From NCBI GenBank assembly GCA_019689555.1, contig JADGHE010000006.1, forward strand, positions 20,182 to 84,181: a stretch of DNA of 64,000 bases, written 5' to 3'. Each line of letters begins with the position of its first letter. Position 1 is the stretch's first letter. Shown piece after piece: positions 61,916 through 64,000 of this stretch. Source of the stretch: Variibacter sp. Its GTDB lineage: Bacteria; Pseudomonadota; Alphaproteobacteria; Rhizobiales; Xanthobacteraceae. Both the position numbers and the translations under genes were made by a program. The notes beneath the pieces are model-generated. The model saw only the letters and a program-made list of their open reading frames with translations, was not told the DNA's origin and did no database searches.

Positions 61916-62263
61916 TCATGGGACGGCGAGCGCGGCGCCGAGCATCAGCGCAGCCTCGCCGGCAAGAACGCCCGCCAGCACCGAGCGCCGCAGGGCGAGA
62001 AAGGCCGCAAAGCCCACGGCGATGGCGCCGAGCCGCACCGCGAGCGGAATGGCCGCGAGCGCCCCGGTCGGCGCCAGCGTCAGTTTGGCGATGACGCCGG
62101 CGAGAATCGCGGTCGCGACCGCCCGCACCCAGATGACGATCTCCGATCGCTCGTCGAGCCCGCGCGAGAGCACCATGCCGATCCAGCGCCATATCTCGTG
62201 GGGCAGGAAGCCCGCGACGACGAGCGCGCCGTAGAGCCACAGTTCGCCGTGCATCGCGCTCAT
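61916..62263 (-). CDS. azlD: AzlD-family branched-chain amino acid exporter small subunit
   Basis: 115-aa hydrophobic protein. ATG 62263 overlaps the azlC stop as ATGA. Confidence 0.8.
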   Translation of the reverse strand: MSAMHGELWLYGALVVAGFLPHEIWRWIGMVLSRGLDERSEIVIWVRAVATAILAGVIAKLTLAPTGALAAIPLAVRLGAIAVGFAAFLALRRSVLAGVLAGEAALMLGAALAVP

Positions 62264-63000
62264 GGCTGCCGCCTCGTCCATCGCTGCGCGGCATAGGCGG
62301 CCGTGCCGGCGACGACGCCGGTCCAGACCAAGTCGAGCCCGACCTCGAGGACGGCGAAAACCGGCGCCGTCGCAAGCCCCAGCGCCAGCGCGAGCCGGTC
62401 GACGCCGTCACGCGCATTGCGCACGAGCGAAGTCAGAAAGACGAGCGGCGTGATGAACAGCAGCGCCGCGCCGAGCATCGCCGGCAGTCGACCGGCGAGC
62501 GCGTAGCCGAGCACCGTGCAGCTCGCCGCGGGAATGCACATGCCGGCGCCCAGCCCATTGTAGAAGGCGATGCGCCGCTCGCGCGGCCACTGCGGCAGCC
62601 CGCGCTGCCCCTCGATCCACGTCGCGATGGAGGTGAGGTGGACCGCCCAGAGCAGGCGATAGAGCGGCGTGTCGGGGCGCTTGAGCAGCGGCAGAATGGC
62701 GACCACCATCGGCAGCAGCCGAACGCCGCTGATGCTCACGGCCGCCGCGGTCTCGAGGAGCGGCGCCCCGCCCGCGAGCGCGGCGATGAAAATCACCTGC
62801 GCCGGCGCGGCCCAGAACAGCACCGTGGCGGTGAGCGACCACCACAGCGTAAGGCCGAGCCCCTGCGACAGCGCCCCAATCCCGACATAGGTCGCGGCGA
62901 GGACCAGGCTGAACACCGAGAGAAGCCCGGCGCGCATCCCGGCCAGGAAGGCGGCGGAGGCGGGCGGATCCGAGGGATGGGTGACGGCCGGCGAGGACAT
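62260..63000 (-). CDS. azlC: AzlC-family branched-chain amino acid exporter permease
   Basis: ATG 63000. 246-aa polytopic protein (FLAGMRAGLLSVFSLVLAATYVGIGAL...) directly upstream of azlD. Confidence 0.85.
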   Translation of the reverse strand: MSSPAVTHPSDPPASAAFLAGMRAGLLSVFSLVLAATYVGIGALSQGLGLTLWWSLTATVLFWAAPAQVIFIAALAGGAPLLETAAAVSISGVRLLPMVVAILPLLKRPDTPLYRLLWAVHLTSIATWIEGQRGLPQWPRERRIAFYNGLGAGMCIPAASCTVLGYALAGRLPAMLGAALLFITPLVFLTSLVRNARDGVDRLALALGLATAPVFAVLEVGLDLVWTGVVAGTAAYAAQRWTRRQP

Positions 63001-63135
63001 TTGGAGACGCAAGGACGTGTCCCATGCGGGCGGGCGCGATGCAAGCCCGCGTTCGCGCCAGCCAGCCTCCCGATTGCCGCCGCTCGCGTCCGCCCTGGAC
63101 GGTCCGCGCCCGGCAGGGCATCACTAGTCGGCCTG

Positions 63136-63153
63136 CATCCCGGAGCCGGGATG
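63136..63153. promoter_or_regulatory. Perfect inverted repeat upstream of the carboxyltransferase gene (operator or hairpin)
   Basis: CATCCCGG-AG-CCGGGATG has 8-bp arms and lies 38 nt upstream of the TTG start at 63191. Confidence 0.3.
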
Positions 63154-63190
63154 TGGGGTTCTTGGCCGACACCGTTTGGCGGGGGTGGTC

Positions 63191-64000
63191 TTGCCACGCA
63201 TCGACTCGAAGATTGATCGTGCGTCCGACGAGTTCGCCGCGAACGCCGCAGCCATGCGCGCGCTCGCGCAGGAGCTGCAAAAGCGCCGCGCGGAAGCCGC
63301 GATGGGCGGCCCCGCGCGGGCGCGCGAGCGCCATGTGGCGCGCGGCAAGCTCCTGCCGCGCGAGCGGGTGATGAGCCTGATCGACCCGGGCTCGCCGTTC
63401 CTGGAGCTTTCGCCGCTCGCCGCCTACGGCATGTACGAGGATGCGATTCACGCCGCCGGCATCATCACCGGCATCGGCCGCATCGAGGGCCGCGAATGCG
63501 TCATCGTCTGCAACGACGCGACGATCAAGGGCGGCACCTACTATCCGATGACCGTGAAGAAGCATCTGCGCGCCCAGGAGATTGCGCGCGAGAACCGCCT
63601 GCCCTGCATCTATCTCGTGGACTCCGGCGGCGCCAACCTGCCGCACTGGCCGGACGTCTTTCCCGACCGCGAGCACTTCGGCCGCATCTTCTACAACCAG
63701 GCGACGCTGTCGGCGCTCGGCATTCCGCAGATCGCCGTCGTGATGGGCTCGTGCACCGCCGGCGGCGCCTATGTGCCGGCGATGTCGGACGAGACCATCA
63801 TCGTCGCGAGGCAAGGCACCATCTTCCTCGGCGGCCCGCCGCTCGTGAAGGCGGCGACGGGCGAAGTCGTCTCGGCGGAAGACCTCGGCGGCGCCGACGT
63901 GCACGCCCGCAAATCCGGCGTCGCCGACTACTATGCCGCCGACGACCATCATGCGCTCAGGCTCGCGCGCCGCATCGTCGCCAATCTCAACACGAAGAAG
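63191..64000 (+). CDS. Methylcrotonoyl-CoA carboxylase carboxyltransferase (beta) subunit, N-terminal part (runs off window)
   Basis: Not in the ORF track because there is no stop in the window. My translation from TTG 63191 is (M)[28 protein letters not shown]...[31 protein letters not shown]...[27 protein letters not shown]...[17 protein letters not shown], typical of MccB/acyl-CoA carboxyltransferases. Confidence 0.88.
   Translation, partial: MPRIDSKIDRASDEFAANAAAMRALAQELQKRRAEAAMGGPARARERHVARGKLLPRERVMSLIDPGSPFLELSPLAAYGMYEDAIHAAGIITGIGRIEGRECVIVCNDATIKGGTYYPMTVKKHLRAQEIARENRLPCIYLVDSGGANLPHWPDVFPDREHFGRIFYNQATLSALGIPQIAVVMGSCTAGGAYVPAMSDETIIVARQGTIFLGGPPLVKAATGEVVSAEDLGGADVHARKSGVADYYAADDHHALRLARRIVANLNTKK

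Overview
Very GC-rich chromosomal segment (composition judged by eye, not computed). Its gene content looks alphaproteobacterial and Rhizobiales-like: a GAAC-N7-GAAC SOS box at lexA, EipB/DUF1849, an NDUFS4-type complex I subunit, an NdvA-like exporter and an H-NS-like protein. I support about 58 protein genes and four tRNAs (Pro-UGG, Glu-UUC, Leu-GAG, Lys-UUU). I saw no rRNA, CRISPR array, transposase, integrase or phage genes. Positions 1-31 kb are mostly housekeeping: moaC-moeA, lexA, comEC, glnS/gltX, gltA, recJ, glpX, hom, phaC, lipB, mgtE. Positions 31.5-42 kb hold an eight-gene beta-oxidation operon with pimFABCD-like order. The most interesting part is 42-56 kb. There, a riboflavin-type GTP cyclohydrolase II is co-transcribed with a cytochrome b561 and an NdvA-like ABC exporter. 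It faces a reductase-only RibD-family gene and a translationally coupled operon of a BchC-like dehydrogenase, a catalytically degenerate PTPS/QueD-fold protein, a GT4 glycosyltransferase and a SAM methyltransferase. This sits back to back with an opgH that has no opgG and is instead coupled to an FkbM methyltransferase and an unknown secreted protein. I do not recognise this combination as a characterised pathway, and it is my candidate for an undescribed system. Other oddities: lipB has no stop codon where the family ends and reads antisense through two well-supported genes; there is an orphan FliN-like mini-protein, an orphan form-II CoxL-like subunit, and two short tandem repeats. Most very long ORFs in the track are antisense shadows typical of high-GC DNA. 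The track uses ATG, GTG and TTG starts, and several real starts lie internal to the listed ORFs.
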